Source of the DNA: Geobacter metallireducens GS-15
GTDB taxonomy: Bacteria > Desulfobacterota > Desulfuromonadia > Geobacterales > Geobacteraceae
DNA length: 32,000 bases
Assembly: GCF_000012925.1 (NCBI RefSeq)
Contig: NC_007517.1
Location: forward strand, 3,840,001-3,872,000
Reading direction: 5' to 3'
Made by a program: the position numbers and the translations under genes
The notes under the pieces: model-generated
Database searches by the model: none
Told to the model about the DNA's origin: nothing
Seen by the model: the letters and a program-made list of their open reading frames with translations, nothing else
In this document: piece by piece, positions 1-9,942 of the stretch
Numbering within the stretch: position 1 is the first letter of the stretch
How the letters are laid out: each line of letters begins with the position of its first letter

Positions 1-757
1 TGGCATCGAGAAGAAGCCGTCGGTCCACCACCCCCAGGAGGCTCACCACCTCCTCGTCCCGCACCTGGTCGCCACAGAAAGCGAGGACCTGGTCGAGCAC
101 CGACAGGGAGTCGCGCATGCTCCCGTCCCCCTTGCGAGCCACCATGGTGAGAGACGCGTCACTGATGGCGATCCCCTCCTGGTCCACGATGTGGCGCAGA
201 CGCCCCACCACCTTGCCGAGCGGTATCCGCCGGAAGTCGAACCGCTGACAGCGGGAGAGAATGGTGATCGGCACCTTGTGGGGCTCGGTGGTGGCGAAGA
301 TGAACTTGACGTGGGGAGGGGGCTCTTCCAGGGTCTTCAGCAGAGCGTTGAAGGCATTCGTGGAGAGCATGTGGACTTCGTCGATGATGAAGATCTTGTA
401 GCGGAGCCGGGACGGGAGGTACTTGACGTTTTCCCGCAGCTCCCGGATGTCGTCGACGCCGGTGTTGGAGGCGCCGTCGATCTCGAGGACGTCCACGGCG
501 GTGCCGGCGGTGATCTCCGTACAGGCGGGACAGACATTGCACGGCTCGGGGCTCATCCCCTGCTCGCAGGTCAGGGCCTTGGCCAGAATACGGGCGGACG
601 AGGTCTTCCCCACCCCACGGGCGCCGGTGAAAAGGAACGCATGGGCGATGCGGCCGGAATCGATGGCGTTCTGAAGGGTCTGGCTGACATGCTCCTGGCC
701 GGTCAGGTCGCTGAAGGTCTGGGGGCGCCACTTTCGTGCGAGAACGAGATAGGACAA
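1..757 (-). CDS. dnaX: DNA polymerase III subunit gamma/tau, N-terminal part (the 3' end of the gene lies beyond the window start)
   Basis: Not in the ORF track because it runs off the edge and uses a TTG start. Manual minus-strand translation from TTG at 757-755 gives (M)[66 protein letters not shown]...[11 protein letters not shown]...[37 protein letters not shown]. It shows Walker A GxxGxGKT, a DEVH box, zinc-module cysteines and the SRC motif. AGGTG lies about 8 nt upstream of the TTG. Confidence 0.9.
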   Translation of the reverse strand, partial: MSYLVLARKWRPQTFSDLTGQEHVSQTLQNAIDSGRIAHAFLFTGARGVGKTSSARILAKALTCEQGMSPEPCNVCPACTEITAGTAVDVLEIDGASNTGVDDIRELRENVKYLPSRLRYKIFIIDEVHMLSTNAFNALLKTLEEPPPHVKFIFATTEPHKVPITILSRCQRFDFRRIPLGKVVGRLRHIVDQEGIAISDASLTMVARKGDGSMRDSLSVLDQVLAFCGDQVRDEEVVSLLGVVDRRLLLDA

Positions 758-828
758 GGGATCAACACCTCACGACGCGGTCGGATGCTTGCGTGCTCGG
801 AAAGGGGGGAGGGTGTAACGGGGGCGTT

Positions 829-954
829 GCGGGCACAACTGATAGCTGGGCTTCCCCGCGGCACACGGTGTCAGTTACTGCCGTTGCTTCCTTCCGGACC
901 TGGCGGGGTTCATAACCTACCGTTGCGCGGGACCCAGCTATCAGCTCTGCCCGC
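829..954 (-). ncRNA. ffs: Signal recognition particle RNA (small/4.5S type)
   Basis: The minus strand reads ...GGGCAGAGCUGAUAGCUGGGUCCCGCGCAACGG...CCAGGUCCGGAAGGAAGCAACGGCAG...GUGUGCCGCGGGGAAGCCCAGCUAUCAGUUGUGCCC. It contains the conserved domain IV motif AGGUCCGGAAGGAAGCA. A long closing helix forms between 831-850 and 931-953. It sits immediately upstream of dnaX, which is the classic ffs-dnaX synteny. The ends are approximate. Confidence 0.8.
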
Positions 955-987
955 AAAAGACGCTCGGCCCGGAACGGAGTCCGGGCC
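955..987 (-). terminator. Hairpin plus short U-tract between tRNA-Ser and the SRP RNA (possible partial terminator or processing hairpin)
   Basis: The minus strand reads GGCCCGGA-CUCCGU-UCCGGGCC, a perfect 8-bp stem (plus-strand 966-973 and 980-987), followed by GAGCGUCUUUU. The U-tract is separated from the stem by 5 nt, so the function is uncertain. Confidence 0.35.
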
Positions 988-1035
988 TCGGTGTTATTAT
1001 CACACAAGCCACGGCGGACTTGTCGATTTCCATTA

Positions 1036-1123
1036 TGGCGGAGAGAGAGGGATTCGAACCCTCGGTACCTTGCAGTACACACGATTTCCAGTCGTGCTCC
1101 TTCGACCTCTCGGACATCTCTCC
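1036..1123 (-). tRNA. tRNA-Ser (anticodon GGA), CCA encoded
   Basis: The minus strand reads GGAGAGAUGUCCGAGAGGUCGAAGGAGCACGACUGGAAAUCGUGUGUACUGCAAGGUACCGAGGGUUCGAAUCCCUCUCUCUCCGCCA. The 7-bp acceptor stem GGAGAGA/UCUCUCC, the anticodon loop CU-GGA-AA, the long variable arm typical of Ser and the GGUUCGAAUCC T-loop are all present. Confidence 0.93.
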
Positions 1124-1133
1124 GGAACCATGG

Positions 1134-1162
1134 ACTATAGTATAAGCCCCCCGGTTTGTAAA
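1134..1162 (-). promoter_or_regulatory. Putative sigma70-type promoter of tRNA-Ser(GGA)
   Basis: The minus strand has TTTACA, a 17-nt spacer and TATAGT. The -10 ends about 10 nt before the tRNA 5' end. This is a motif match only. Confidence 0.4.
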
Positions 1163-1212
1163 GCCACTTTTTTCTCCCGCTTTTCTCACTGCAGAAGAGC
1201 ATACCGGACAAC

Positions 1213-3123
1213 TCAGAGGCTCGCAAGCTCACGACGGATCTGCTGCTCACGCCACATGGCGCAGTAGAGCCCGTCACGGGCAACCAGGTCGTCATGACTC
1301 CCCTGCTCGGCGATGACGCCATCCTTCAGCACGATGATCCGGTCGCACTCCCGCACAGCCGAGAGGCGGTGGGAGACAACGATGACGGTCCGGTCGCCCC
1401 AATAACCCGAAAGCCCCTCGAGTATCGCCTCTTCGGTCTGGGCGTCCACGGCCGACAAGGGGTCGTCGAGGATCAGAATTGCCGGATTCTTGAGAAGCGC
1501 CCGGGCAATGGCGGCGCGCTGCTTCTGGCCACCGGAGAGGGTCACGCCCCGCTCCCCCACCAGAGTATCGTAGCCGTCGGCGAAACGGAACACATCCCCT
1601 TCCAGGCTGGCAAGGCGCACCGCCCCCGCGATCTCCTCCACGGTCGCCCCCTCCCTGCCATAGGCGATGTTTTCGCGGATGGTGCGGGAAAAGAGAAAGC
1701 TCTCCTGGGGAACGAACCCGATGGCGCTCCGGAGCTGGGCCAGCGGGAGCCGGTTTATGTCGACCCCGTCCAGGAAAATCTTGCCATCCGGAACTGGATA
1801 GAGCCGGGCCAGCAGGCGAACCAGAGTCGATTTACCGCTCCCCACGGGCCCGACAATGCCGAGGCGGGAACCGGCGGGAATAGTGAGCGATATTCCGTCG
1901 AGAATCGGCGGCAACGCCTCCCCCATGCCGTTATATGAGAATCTCACCTCCCGCAGCGCGATCTCACCCCGAGGAGTACAGGCATCGGCCGGCTCCGCCG
2001 GCTCCGTGACGATGGGAGTGGCGTCGAGCACCTCGTTAAGGCGGGCCATGGACGCGCCCCCCCGCTGGATCAGGTTGAGAATCCAGCCAAAAACGATCGT
2101 GGGCCAGACCAGCATGGCCAGATAGCCGTTGAAGGCTACGAAATCCCCCAGAGTCATGACGCCGTCAATGACCCGCTGCCCCCCGAGGAAGAGGACAACG
2201 AGGGTGCCGAAGGCCGAGGCGGCCGCCATGATGGGAAGCAGGATCCCCCGCAGCCGCGCCATGGTCATATTGCGGGCCAGGTAGCGACGGCCGGTTTCCT
2301 CGAAGGCGGCCACCGTCGCCTCTTCGCGGCAATATGAGCGCACCACCACGGCTGCGGCGATGCTCTCCTCCGCCTGACTGGTGAGGCGTGCCAGCTCCTC
2401 CTGGGCCCGCCTGGAATGATGGAACATCCGGCGGGTAATCCCCTTGGCGGCGACGATCATGAGAGGGAAGGGGATGACGGCCCAGAGGGTGAGGGAAGGA
2501 TTGATGCTCGCCATGAGAACTATGGCGGAAACATAGACCAGGGCGGTATTGATGACGTTCAGGATGCCGAAGCCGAGGAGCATCCGGACGTTGGTCAGGT
2601 CGTTGGCGAAGCGGGACATGAGGTCGCCAGTCCGCTCCCCGGCATAATAGGGCATGTCGAGGGTGAGGAGCTTTCCAAAGAGGTCTTCGCGGATGGCATA
2701 CTCGGTTCGCCGGGCAGCATGGAGGAGCGTCGTGCGGGAAAAGATCCGGATCACGCCGTGGAGAAGGGCCGCGACCATGATAACCCCACCGTACCAGGCG
2801 GCGGAACGGGAGGCAGTGCCCGGATTCCGGAGGCTTTCCACCGCCAGCTTCAGGAGCCATGGGATCAGGAGAGAAAAGGCGTTGGTCCCGAGCAGGCAGA
2901 TGGCGCCGAGAACATACGTCCCGCGACGTTCCCGCATGTAACCGTAGAGTCGTCTGAGTTCGCCGATGGGTCGCCTCCCGGGGGAATGGTTGCTCCGGAC
3001 CTTGTAATCCATTTCCGGCTCGTTGTCAAAATCAGGTCCAGCACTCATCCCTTCATGTTGACAGTTCCAGTTTTGAAACCGACTGGCGGCAACGGGCCGA
3101 TTGAACAACGCATTTTTCAGCAA
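1213..3123 (-). CDS. ABC transporter, fused permease/ATP-binding protein (MsbA/multidrug exporter type)
   Basis: 636-aa ORF. The N-terminal half has six predicted hydrophobic helices. The C-terminal NBD has Walker A GPVGSGKST, the signature LSGGQKQR and Walker B ILILDDPLSAVD. The true start may be the internal Met at 3048 (MSAGPDF...). Confidence 0.9.
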   Translation of the reverse strand: MLKNALFNRPVAASRFQNWNCQHEGMSAGPDFDNEPEMDYKVRSNHSPGRRPIGELRRLYGYMRERRGTYVLGAICLLGTNAFSLLIPWLLKLAVESLRNPGTASRSAAWYGGVIMVAALLHGVIRIFSRTTLLHAARRTEYAIREDLFGKLLTLDMPYYAGERTGDLMSRFANDLTNVRMLLGFGILNVINTALVYVSAIVLMASINPSLTLWAVIPFPLMIVAAKGITRRMFHHSRRAQEELARLTSQAEESIAAAVVVRSYCREEATVAAFEETGRRYLARNMTMARLRGILLPIMAAASAFGTLVVLFLGGQRVIDGVMTLGDFVAFNGYLAMLVWPTIVFGWILNLIQRGGASMARLNEVLDATPIVTEPAEPADACTPRGEIALREVRFSYNGMGEALPPILDGISLTIPAGSRLGIVGPVGSGKSTLVRLLARLYPVPDGKIFLDGVDINRLPLAQLRSAIGFVPQESFLFSRTIRENIAYGREGATVEEIAGAVRLASLEGDVFRFADGYDTLVGERGVTLSGGQKQRAAIARALLKNPAILILDDPLSAVDAQTEEAILEGLSGYWGDRTVIVVSHRLSAVRECDRIIVLKDGVIAEQGSHDDLVARDGLYCAMWREQQIRRELASL

Positions 3124-3398
3124 TAGTGCGCACCCACAAAGTCACACACCGTTCTACTTTGGCATTGACAAGGCGTTGTACCCTGTGGTACCACAATTTA
3201 ATAAAACTAAAAACTACCCCCACACAACCCCGTCAAACAACGACTAATAGAATATTTGTTTTAGTAAAAGTAAAACCGTCATTTGCTTTTTCATAAATTA
3301 CGCGACGGAGCACTAATTCCTCCCCCTTCCCCATGTCGCTCCGCACCGCGATTTCCGCCCCCCTTTCTTCCTTCGGCCACCCCAGCCCAGGAGGTCGT

Positions 3399-3983
3399 AT
3401 GAAGCACTCAACAATGCGTCTCTCCATCGAGACGATGAATCTGGACTTCGTGAAGAAGGTCGAAGCCCTGTCGGGCAGTTCCGTGCGGCGCTGTTTCCAG
3501 TGCGGCAAGTGCTCGGCGGGGTGTCCCATGCGCAGCTTCATGGAGCACCCCCCCAACCGGATCGTGCGGTTCCTGCAACTGGGGCAGTACGAGCGGGTCC
3601 TGGCGGGCCGGAGCATCTGGTACTGCGCCTCGTGCGAGACCTGCACCACCCGCTGCCCCAACAAGGTGGACCTTGCGGCCATCATGGATGCCCTGCGCAA
3701 ATGCTCCTGGGACGCCAAGGGGCCGTCCAAGGAATCCTACGTGCAGCTGGCGAACCGGCTCTTCATCGACAACATCCGCACCTACGGCCGACAGTACGAG
3801 ATGCGGCTCGCCGCGGTCTTCAACGTAAAGAGCGGCCAGTTTTTGAAGGATCTCATGCTCGGCCCCAAACTCATCACCAAGGGGAAGCTCAAGGTGTTCC
3901 ACCAGAAGAACAAGAACCTTGCCGAGATCGAGCAGATCTTCAAGCGGATCGAGGAGCTGCGCAAAAAGGGGGAGGCACCGTGA
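3399..3983 (+). CDS. hdrC: Heterodisulfide reductase subunit C-like 4Fe-4S protein
   Basis: It carries two CX2CX2CX3CP motifs (CFQCGKCSAGCP and CASCETCTTRCP). The start was chosen at ATG 3399 (MKHSTMRL...), preceded by AGGAGG at 3390-3395. The track ORF from 3333 is an upstream extension. Confidence 0.85.
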   Translation: MKHSTMRLSIETMNLDFVKKVEALSGSSVRRCFQCGKCSAGCPMRSFMEHPPNRIVRFLQLGQYERVLAGRSIWYCASCETCTTRCPNKVDLAAIMDALRKCSWDAKGPSKESYVQLANRLFIDNIRTYGRQYEMRLAAVFNVKSGQFLKDLMLGPKLITKGKLKVFHQKNKNLAEIEQIFKRIEELRKKGEAP

Positions 3984-4870
3984 CCCCTGCAAAGAAACTC
4001 CTTTCTTACTCCTACTACCCGGGCTGCTCGCTGCACGCCTCGGCCAAGGAATACGACGAATCGACCCGCGGGCTGTTCAAGGCCCTCGGGATCGGCCTGC
4101 AGGAAGTCCCCGACTGGCTCTGCTGCGGAGCCACGCCGGCCCACAACGTGGACGAGTTGCTGTCGCTCTCCCTGTGCGCCAAGAACCTCTCCCTGGCCGA
4201 AGGGGTTGAGGGGGACCTGGCCGTGGCCTGCGCCGCCTGTTTCTCGCGCCTGAAGGTCACCCAGCACCACCTGGCCGACAACGAGACCAAGCGCAAGCAG
4301 GTGGAGTACGCCATCGACGGGACTGTGAACCTGGCCAAACCGGTGAAGCACCTGCTGGAGATCCTGGCGAAGGACTTTGGTCTCGACCGGCTCACAGAGG
4401 CAGTACAGAAACCCCTTGCCGGCTTGAAAGTCGCCTGCTACTACGGCTGCCTCCTGACCCGCCCCCCCGAGGTGCCGCAACTGGACTGCGTCGAGGCCCC
4501 CACCATCATGGAGCGGGTCATCGGCGCCGTGGGGGCCGAGACCGTGGGCTGGAGCCACCGGATGGAGTGCTGCGGCGCCAACTTCACCCTGTCGCGCCCC
4601 GGCGTGGTCCTCAAGCTCTCCGGCAGTATCCTCGATTCCGCCAAGGCCGCCGGCGCCGACTGCCTCATGGTCGCCTGCCCCTTGTGCCACGGCAACCTGG
4701 ACATCAGGCAGAAAGAGATCGAGGAGGCCACAGGGCAGCGCTTTGGCATGCCGGTCTTCTACATGACCCAGCTCCTGGCCCTGGCTGTAGGGGTCGCGCC
4801 GGGAAAACTCGGCTTTGACAGCATGATCGTGAACCCGCTGCCGCTGTTGCGGGAAAAACAGCTTTTGTAA
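3980..4870 (+). CDS. hdrB: Heterodisulfide reductase subunit B-like protein (two CCG domains)
   Basis: The GTG start at 3980 overlaps the hdrC stop (GTGA). The sequence begins VTPAKKLLSYSYYPGCSLHASAKEY and has CCG motifs (DWLCCGATPAH and MECCGANF), plus CPLCHGNLD. It lies in frame with the 3500..4870 track ORF, whose N-terminal part is non-coding read-in. Confidence 0.88.
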   Translation: MTPAKKLLSYSYYPGCSLHASAKEYDESTRGLFKALGIGLQEVPDWLCCGATPAHNVDELLSLSLCAKNLSLAEGVEGDLAVACAACFSRLKVTQHHLADNETKRKQVEYAIDGTVNLAKPVKHLLEILAKDFGLDRLTEAVQKPLAGLKVACYYGCLLTRPPEVPQLDCVEAPTIMERVIGAVGAETVGWSHRMECCGANFTLSRPGVVLKLSGSILDSAKAAGADCLMVACPLCHGNLDIRQKEIEEATGQRFGMPVFYMTQLLALAVGVAPGKLGFDSMIVNPLPLLREKQLL

Positions 4871-5064
4871 TAACACGGAGAAACGGAGCACACGGAGAAC
4901 GGACAATAATTAACAGGCCTCATCAAAGGGTATTCAAGGATTAAGAGACGTCGAGGCGTAAACCAAAAAATGATTTTCGGTTCGCATCCCGATCCTTATG
5001 AGTATCCCCATTAAACAATAAATATTTTTGCTTTTCTCCGTGCTCTCCGTATCTCCGTGTTATT
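4869..5064. repeat. Intercistronic inverted-repeat element IG1 (31-nt arms, about 134-nt AT-rich spacer)
   Basis: Arm 4869-4899 is AATAACACGGAGAAACGGAGCACACGGAGAA. Arm 5034-5064 is TTCTCCGTGCTCTCCGTATCTCCGTGTTATT. They are 28/31 complementary. The element starts inside the hdrB stop codon and ends 20 nt before the hdrA ATG. Confidence 0.75.
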
Positions 5065-5084
5065 GAATTTGTAAGAGGTATTCA

Positions 5085-7082
5085 ATGTCCCGAATCGGCG
5101 TATTCGTCTGCCATTGCGGCGAGAACATATCAAGGACCGTTGACGTGGAACGGGTAGCTGCCGAGGCCGCGCGGCTTCCCGGCGTTGCCTATGCCACCGA
5201 CTACAAGTACATGTGCTCCGACCCGGGCCAGAATCTCCTGAAAAACGCCGTGACCGAGCACCGGCTCGACGGGATCGTCGTGGCGGCCTGCAGTCCCCGG
5301 ATGCACGAGAAAACCTTCCGCAATGCCGCGAAGAGCGCGGGGCTGAACCCCTTCCTCTGCGAGATGGCAAACATCCGGGAGCACTGCTCCTGGGTCCACG
5401 AGGACAGAGACGAAGCCACCGCCAAGGCCAGCGACATCGTCGCCATGATGGTCGCCCGGGTAAAGAAGGACAAGAGGCTCGTCCCGATCACCGTGCCGGT
5501 CACCAAGCGTTCCCTTGTGATCGGCGGCGGCATCGCCGGCATCCAGGCGGCCCTGGATATCGCCGACGCCGGCCACCAGGTGGTGCTCGTGGAGCGGGAG
5601 CCCTCCATCGGCGGGCACATGGCGCAACTCTCCGAGACCTTCCCGACCCTGGACTGCTCCCAGTGCATCATGACCCCCAAGATGGTCGATGTCGCCAATC
5701 ACCCCAACATCACGCTTCACACCTACAGCGAGATCGAGGCGGTTGACGGCTACATCGGCAACTTCCAGATCACGGTCCGCAAGAAGGCCAGAAGCGTCAT
5801 CGAGGAAAAGTGCACCGGCTGCGGCGTCTGCTCCGCCAAGTGCCCCCAGAAGAAGATCCCCAACACCTTCGACAAGAACCTCGGCACCCGCCCTGCCATC
5901 TACGTCCCGTTCCCCCAGGCGGTCCCCAACACCCCGGTCATCGACCGGGCAAACTGCACCTGGTTCAAGACGGGGAAATGCGGGGTCTGCCAGAAGGTCT
6001 GCGGCCCCGGCGCCATCAACTACGAACAAGAGGACCAACTGATCGTCGAGCCCGTTGGTGCCATCGTGGTCGCCACCGGCTTCGAGCTCTACTCCATTAC
6101 CGAGAAGCCCAAGGGCTCCCCCATCAAGGGATACGGCGAATTCGGCCACGGCACCATCCCCGATGTCATCGACGGCCTCACCTTCGAGCGGCTGGCCTCG
6201 GCCTCCGGCCCCACCGGGGGAAAAATCCTGCGCCCCTCCGATGGCAAAGAGCCCAAGCAGGTGGTCTTTGTCCAGTGCGTCGGAAGCCGGGCCCGGGAGA
6301 AGGGAATCTCCTACTGCTCCAAGATCTGCTGCATGTACACCGCCAAGCACACCATGCTCTACAAGCACAAGATCCACGACGGCCAGGCCTACGTCTTCTT
6401 CATGGACGCCCGGACCCCGGGGAAGAGCTACGACGAGTTCTGGCGCCGGGCGGTAGAGGAAGAGGAGGCGGTCTACATCCGGGGAATGGTCTCCCGGCTC
6501 TATCAGAAGGGTGACAAGGTGGTGGTCATGGGGAGCGACATCTCCGTGGGGGTCCAGGTGGAGATCGAGGCGGACCTCGTGGTTCTGGCCACTGCGGTGC
6601 AGCCCCGGGCCGGCGCCGACACCCTGGCCCAGAAGCTCGGCATCTCCTACGACAGCTATCACTTCTACTCCGAGGCCCACGCCAAGCTGAAGCCCGTTGA
6701 GTGCGCCACCGCCGGCATCTACCTGGCCGGCGCCTGCCAGGGGCCGAAAGACATCCCCGACACCGTGAGCCAGGCGAGCGCCGCTGCGGCCAAGGTGATG
6801 ACCCTCTTTGCCAAGGATGAGCTGGAGCGGGAGCCGATCGTCGCCAAGGTGAACGAGAAGAACTGCGTGGCCTGCCTCTACTGCAAGAAGGTCTGCCCCT
6901 ACGGCGCCGTGGAGGAGAAGGAGATCCGGGACCGCCAGGGGAACCTGATTCGCGTCGTGGCCTACGTGAACCCCGGGGTCTGCGGCGGCTGCGGCACCTG
7001 CCAGGCGAGCTGCCCGTCCAAATCGGTGGAATTGGATGGCTACACCGACGAACAGATCATGGCCATGATCGAGGCGCTGTAG
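5085..7082 (+). CDS. hdrA: Heterodisulfide reductase subunit A-like flavoprotein (FAD plus multiple 4Fe-4S)
   Basis: 665 aa. It has the N-terminal FVCHCGENI...CSPRMH, the FAD fold VIGGGIAGIQAALDIADAGHQVVLVEREPSIGGHM, TLDCSQCI, and ferredoxin motifs CTGCGVCSAKCP, CGVCQKVCGP, CVACLYCKKVCP and CGGCGTCQASCP. The RBS AAGAGG is upstream. Confidence 0.93.
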   Translation: MSRIGVFVCHCGENISRTVDVERVAAEAARLPGVAYATDYKYMCSDPGQNLLKNAVTEHRLDGIVVAACSPRMHEKTFRNAAKSAGLNPFLCEMANIREHCSWVHEDRDEATAKASDIVAMMVARVKKDKRLVPITVPVTKRSLVIGGGIAGIQAALDIADAGHQVVLVEREPSIGGHMAQLSETFPTLDCSQCIMTPKMVDVANHPNITLHTYSEIEAVDGYIGNFQITVRKKARSVIEEKCTGCGVCSAKCPQKKIPNTFDKNLGTRPAIYVPFPQAVPNTPVIDRANCTWFKTGKCGVCQKVCGPGAINYEQEDQLIVEPVGAIVVATGFELYSITEKPKGSPIKGYGEFGHGTIPDVIDGLTFERLASASGPTGGKILRPSDGKEPKQVVFVQCVGSRAREKGISYCSKICCMYTAKHTMLYKHKIHDGQAYVFFMDARTPGKSYDEFWRRAVEEEEAVYIRGMVSRLYQKGDKVVVMGSDISVGVQVEIEADLVVLATAVQPRAGADTLAQKLGISYDSYHFYSEAHAKLKPVECATAGIYLAGACQGPKDIPDTVSQASAAAAKVMTLFAKDELEREPIVAKVNEKNCVACLYCKKVCPYGAVEEKEIRDRQGNLIRVVAYVNPGVCGGCGTCQASCPSKSVELDGYTDEQIMAMIEAL

Positions 7083-7097
7083 GATCAAAAACTTTTT

Positions 7098-7232
7098 GCC
7101 ACAGAGGTCACAGAGGACTCAGAGAAAACCAGCATCAAAAAAAATACGCCCGAAGTTACCCTCTTGCCGAGAGTACAGGGTAAGTGGGCGTTGTTTTCGA
7201 CTTTTCTCTGTGCTCTCTGTGTCCTCTGTGGC
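7098..7232. repeat. Intercistronic inverted-repeat element IG2 (31-nt arms, 73-nt spacer with a nested hairpin)
   Basis: Arm 7098-7128 is GCCACAGAGGTCACAGAGGACTCAGAGAAAA. Arm 7202-7232 is TTTTCTCTGTGCTCTCTGTGTCCTCTGTGGC. They are 27/31 complementary. The inner hairpin is ACGCCC..GTTACCCT / AGGGTAA..GGGCGT (about 7146-7192). Confidence 0.75.
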
Positions 7233-7249
7233 TAGAGAAGGTTTTAAAA

Positions 7250-7756
7250 ATGCATGTAAAACCAAACCACACATTCGAACCGAAGATCGTCGCCTTTGTC
7301 TGCACCTGGTGCACCTACGCCGGGGCGGACCTGGCGGGGACCGCGCGCCTGCAGTACCCGGCCAACACCCGGGTGGTGAAGTTCCCCTGCACCGGGCGGA
7401 TCGACCCGGTCTTTATCCTGCGGGCCTTCCAGAAGGGGGCCGACGGGGTGCTGGTCTCCGGGTGCCACCCCGGGGACTGCCACTACATGGCGGGCAACTT
7501 CCACGCCCGACGCCGCTTTGCCGCCTTCCGGGCGCTTCTGGACTTCATCGGGGTGGACCTGCAGCGGCTCCAGTTCTCCTGGGTCTCCGCCGCCGAGGGG
7601 GGCAAATGGGTCGAGGTGGCCACGGAGCTCACCGAACGGGTCCGGGCACTGGGGCCGATGCGGGAGTTCAAGGAACTGGAGGCGCAGGAGCAGTGGTCCG
7701 GAGCAATAGACTCTCCGGAGCTGCAGGAAGCGTACGAGGCGGTGGGGAACATCTGA
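7250..7756 (+). CDS. mvhD: Methyl-viologen-reducing hydrogenase delta subunit-like protein (MvhD/FlxD)
   Basis: MHVKPNHTFEPKIVAFVCTWCTYAGADLAG...VKFPCTGRIDPVFILRAFQKGADGVLVSGCHPGDCHY is the typical MvhD cysteine pattern. ATG 7250 follows GAGAAGG. The track ORF from 7184 is an extension into repeat IG2. Confidence 0.88.
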   Translation: MHVKPNHTFEPKIVAFVCTWCTYAGADLAGTARLQYPANTRVVKFPCTGRIDPVFILRAFQKGADGVLVSGCHPGDCHYMAGNFHARRRFAAFRALLDFIGVDLQRLQFSWVSAAEGGKWVEVATELTERVRALGPMREFKELEAQEQWSGAIDSPELQEAYEAVGNI

Positions 7757-7757
7757 C

Positions 7758-8675
7758 ATGAACACTACGGCTCAACAACTCGATACCACCGCCATCGCCC
7801 CTGCGGTCTACGCGACCATTACCGACGCCATCTGCCGGGAAGCTGAGAAAGCCCTGGAGAGCGGCGCCGTGGCCGCCGTGGTGGGGTGGCAGGCGGGGCG
7901 AAGGCAAGGCACCGCCATGCCGGCCATCGTCACCACCCCGGCAGATACGGACAAGCTCATCTTTTCCCCGGCCTGCGTCAACAACCTGGCCCTCTACCTC
8001 TCCAAAGCCAAGAAGGAGATCCGGGCCAGGGGGAAGATCGCCATCGTGGTCAAGGGATGCGACCTCAAGGCGCTTGTGGGACTCATGGGAGAGAACCAGC
8101 TGAAACGGGCGGATATCCACGTGATCGGCGTGGTCTGCCCCGGGGTGCGAGGGACAAGCGAACCCCTCGCGAAGAAGTGCCGGGAGTGCACGGTGCACAC
8201 CCCGGAAGGGGCCGATGTCACCGTGGGGACGCTCCCCGAGTTGCCGCACTTCACGCCGGCCGAGAGCGAGGAACTGGCCCGGCTTGAGGCCATGACCCCG
8301 GCGGAGCGCTGGAGCTTCTGGAAGGAACACTTCGCCCGTTGCATCCGCTGCTACGCCTGCCGCCAGGTCTGCCCCTTCTGCTACTGCGAGCAGTGCCTCT
8401 GCGACCGCAACCGCCCCCAGGCGGTGGAGACCACGCCGCGGCCGGCCGGCAACATGGCCTGGCACATCGTACGGGCCATGCACCTGGCGGGGCGCTGCGC
8501 CGGGTGTGCCGAGTGCGAGCGGGCCTGCCCCATGGACATCCCCTTGAATCTCCTGAACCGCAAGATGGCCAAGGAGTTGAAGGAGCTCTACGGCCACGAG
8601 GCGGGGTTCGAGGTGAAGGAGAAGGGTCCCCTGGCGGAGTACCGGGAAAACGACGACCAGAGTTTTATAAAATAA
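7758..8675 (+). CDS. Iron-sulfur cluster-binding oxidoreductase subunit (FlxC-like, 4Fe-4S dicluster)
   Basis: 305 aa with CIRCYACRQVCPFCYC and CAGCAECERACP. It starts 2 nt after the mvhD stop. Confidence 0.8.
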   Translation: MNTTAQQLDTTAIAPAVYATITDAICREAEKALESGAVAAVVGWQAGRRQGTAMPAIVTTPADTDKLIFSPACVNNLALYLSKAKKEIRARGKIAIVVKGCDLKALVGLMGENQLKRADIHVIGVVCPGVRGTSEPLAKKCRECTVHTPEGADVTVGTLPELPHFTPAESEELARLEAMTPAERWSFWKEHFARCIRCYACRQVCPFCYCEQCLCDRNRPQAVETTPRPAGNMAWHIVRAMHLAGRCAGCAECERACPMDIPLNLLNRKMAKELKELYGHEAGFEVKEKGPLAEYRENDDQSFIK

Positions 8676-8686
8676 CCAAAACCTGG

Positions 8687-9942
<1,256 letters not shown>

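Noticed and set aside
1-757. The dnaX programmed ribosomal frameshift site (gamma/tau).
   Set aside because: The window contains only the first about 252 codons. The region where such a site would lie is outside the window.
3165-3200. TTGACA at 3165-3170 and TGGTACCACAATTT at 3187-3200, considered as sigma70 or sigma54 promoters for the hdr operon.
   Set aside because: No acceptable -10 lies at 16-19 nt from the TTGACA. The sigma54-like element lacks the -12 GC (TTTA instead of TTGC).
3333-3398. N-terminal extensions of track ORFs. These are hdrC from 3333, hdrB frame from 3500, mvhD from 7184, transposase from 8770, FlxB-like from 9970, kinase from 11838, lipoprotein from 27942 and kinase from 30437.
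   Set aside because: The extensions run through repeats, upstream genes or non-coding leaders and lack an RBS. In each case an internal start with a Shine-Dalgarno sequence matches the expected family N-terminus.
4967-5014. A 14-codon ORF (MIFGSHPDPYEYPH) inside the IG1 spacer.
   Set aside because: It has no RBS, lies within a predicted hairpin spacer, and is too short to support without conservation data.
5130-7088. 652-aa minus-strand ORF antisense to hdrA. Similar long antisense or out-of-frame ORFs occur at 191-1267(+), 3782-4906(-), 7668-8750(-), 16623-17576(+), 2416-3126(+), 24280-25029(-) and 26137-26901(+).
   Set aside because: Their translations are low-complexity and rich in Arg, Gly, Pro and Ala, with no motifs. 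They exactly shadow genes that have strong family signatures on the other strand or in another frame. This is a typical high-GC artefact.
5085-7756. Possible selenocysteine (in-frame TGA) in HdrA or MvhD, as occurs in some organisms.
   Set aside because: Both ORFs are uninterrupted, and Cys occupies the expected positions.
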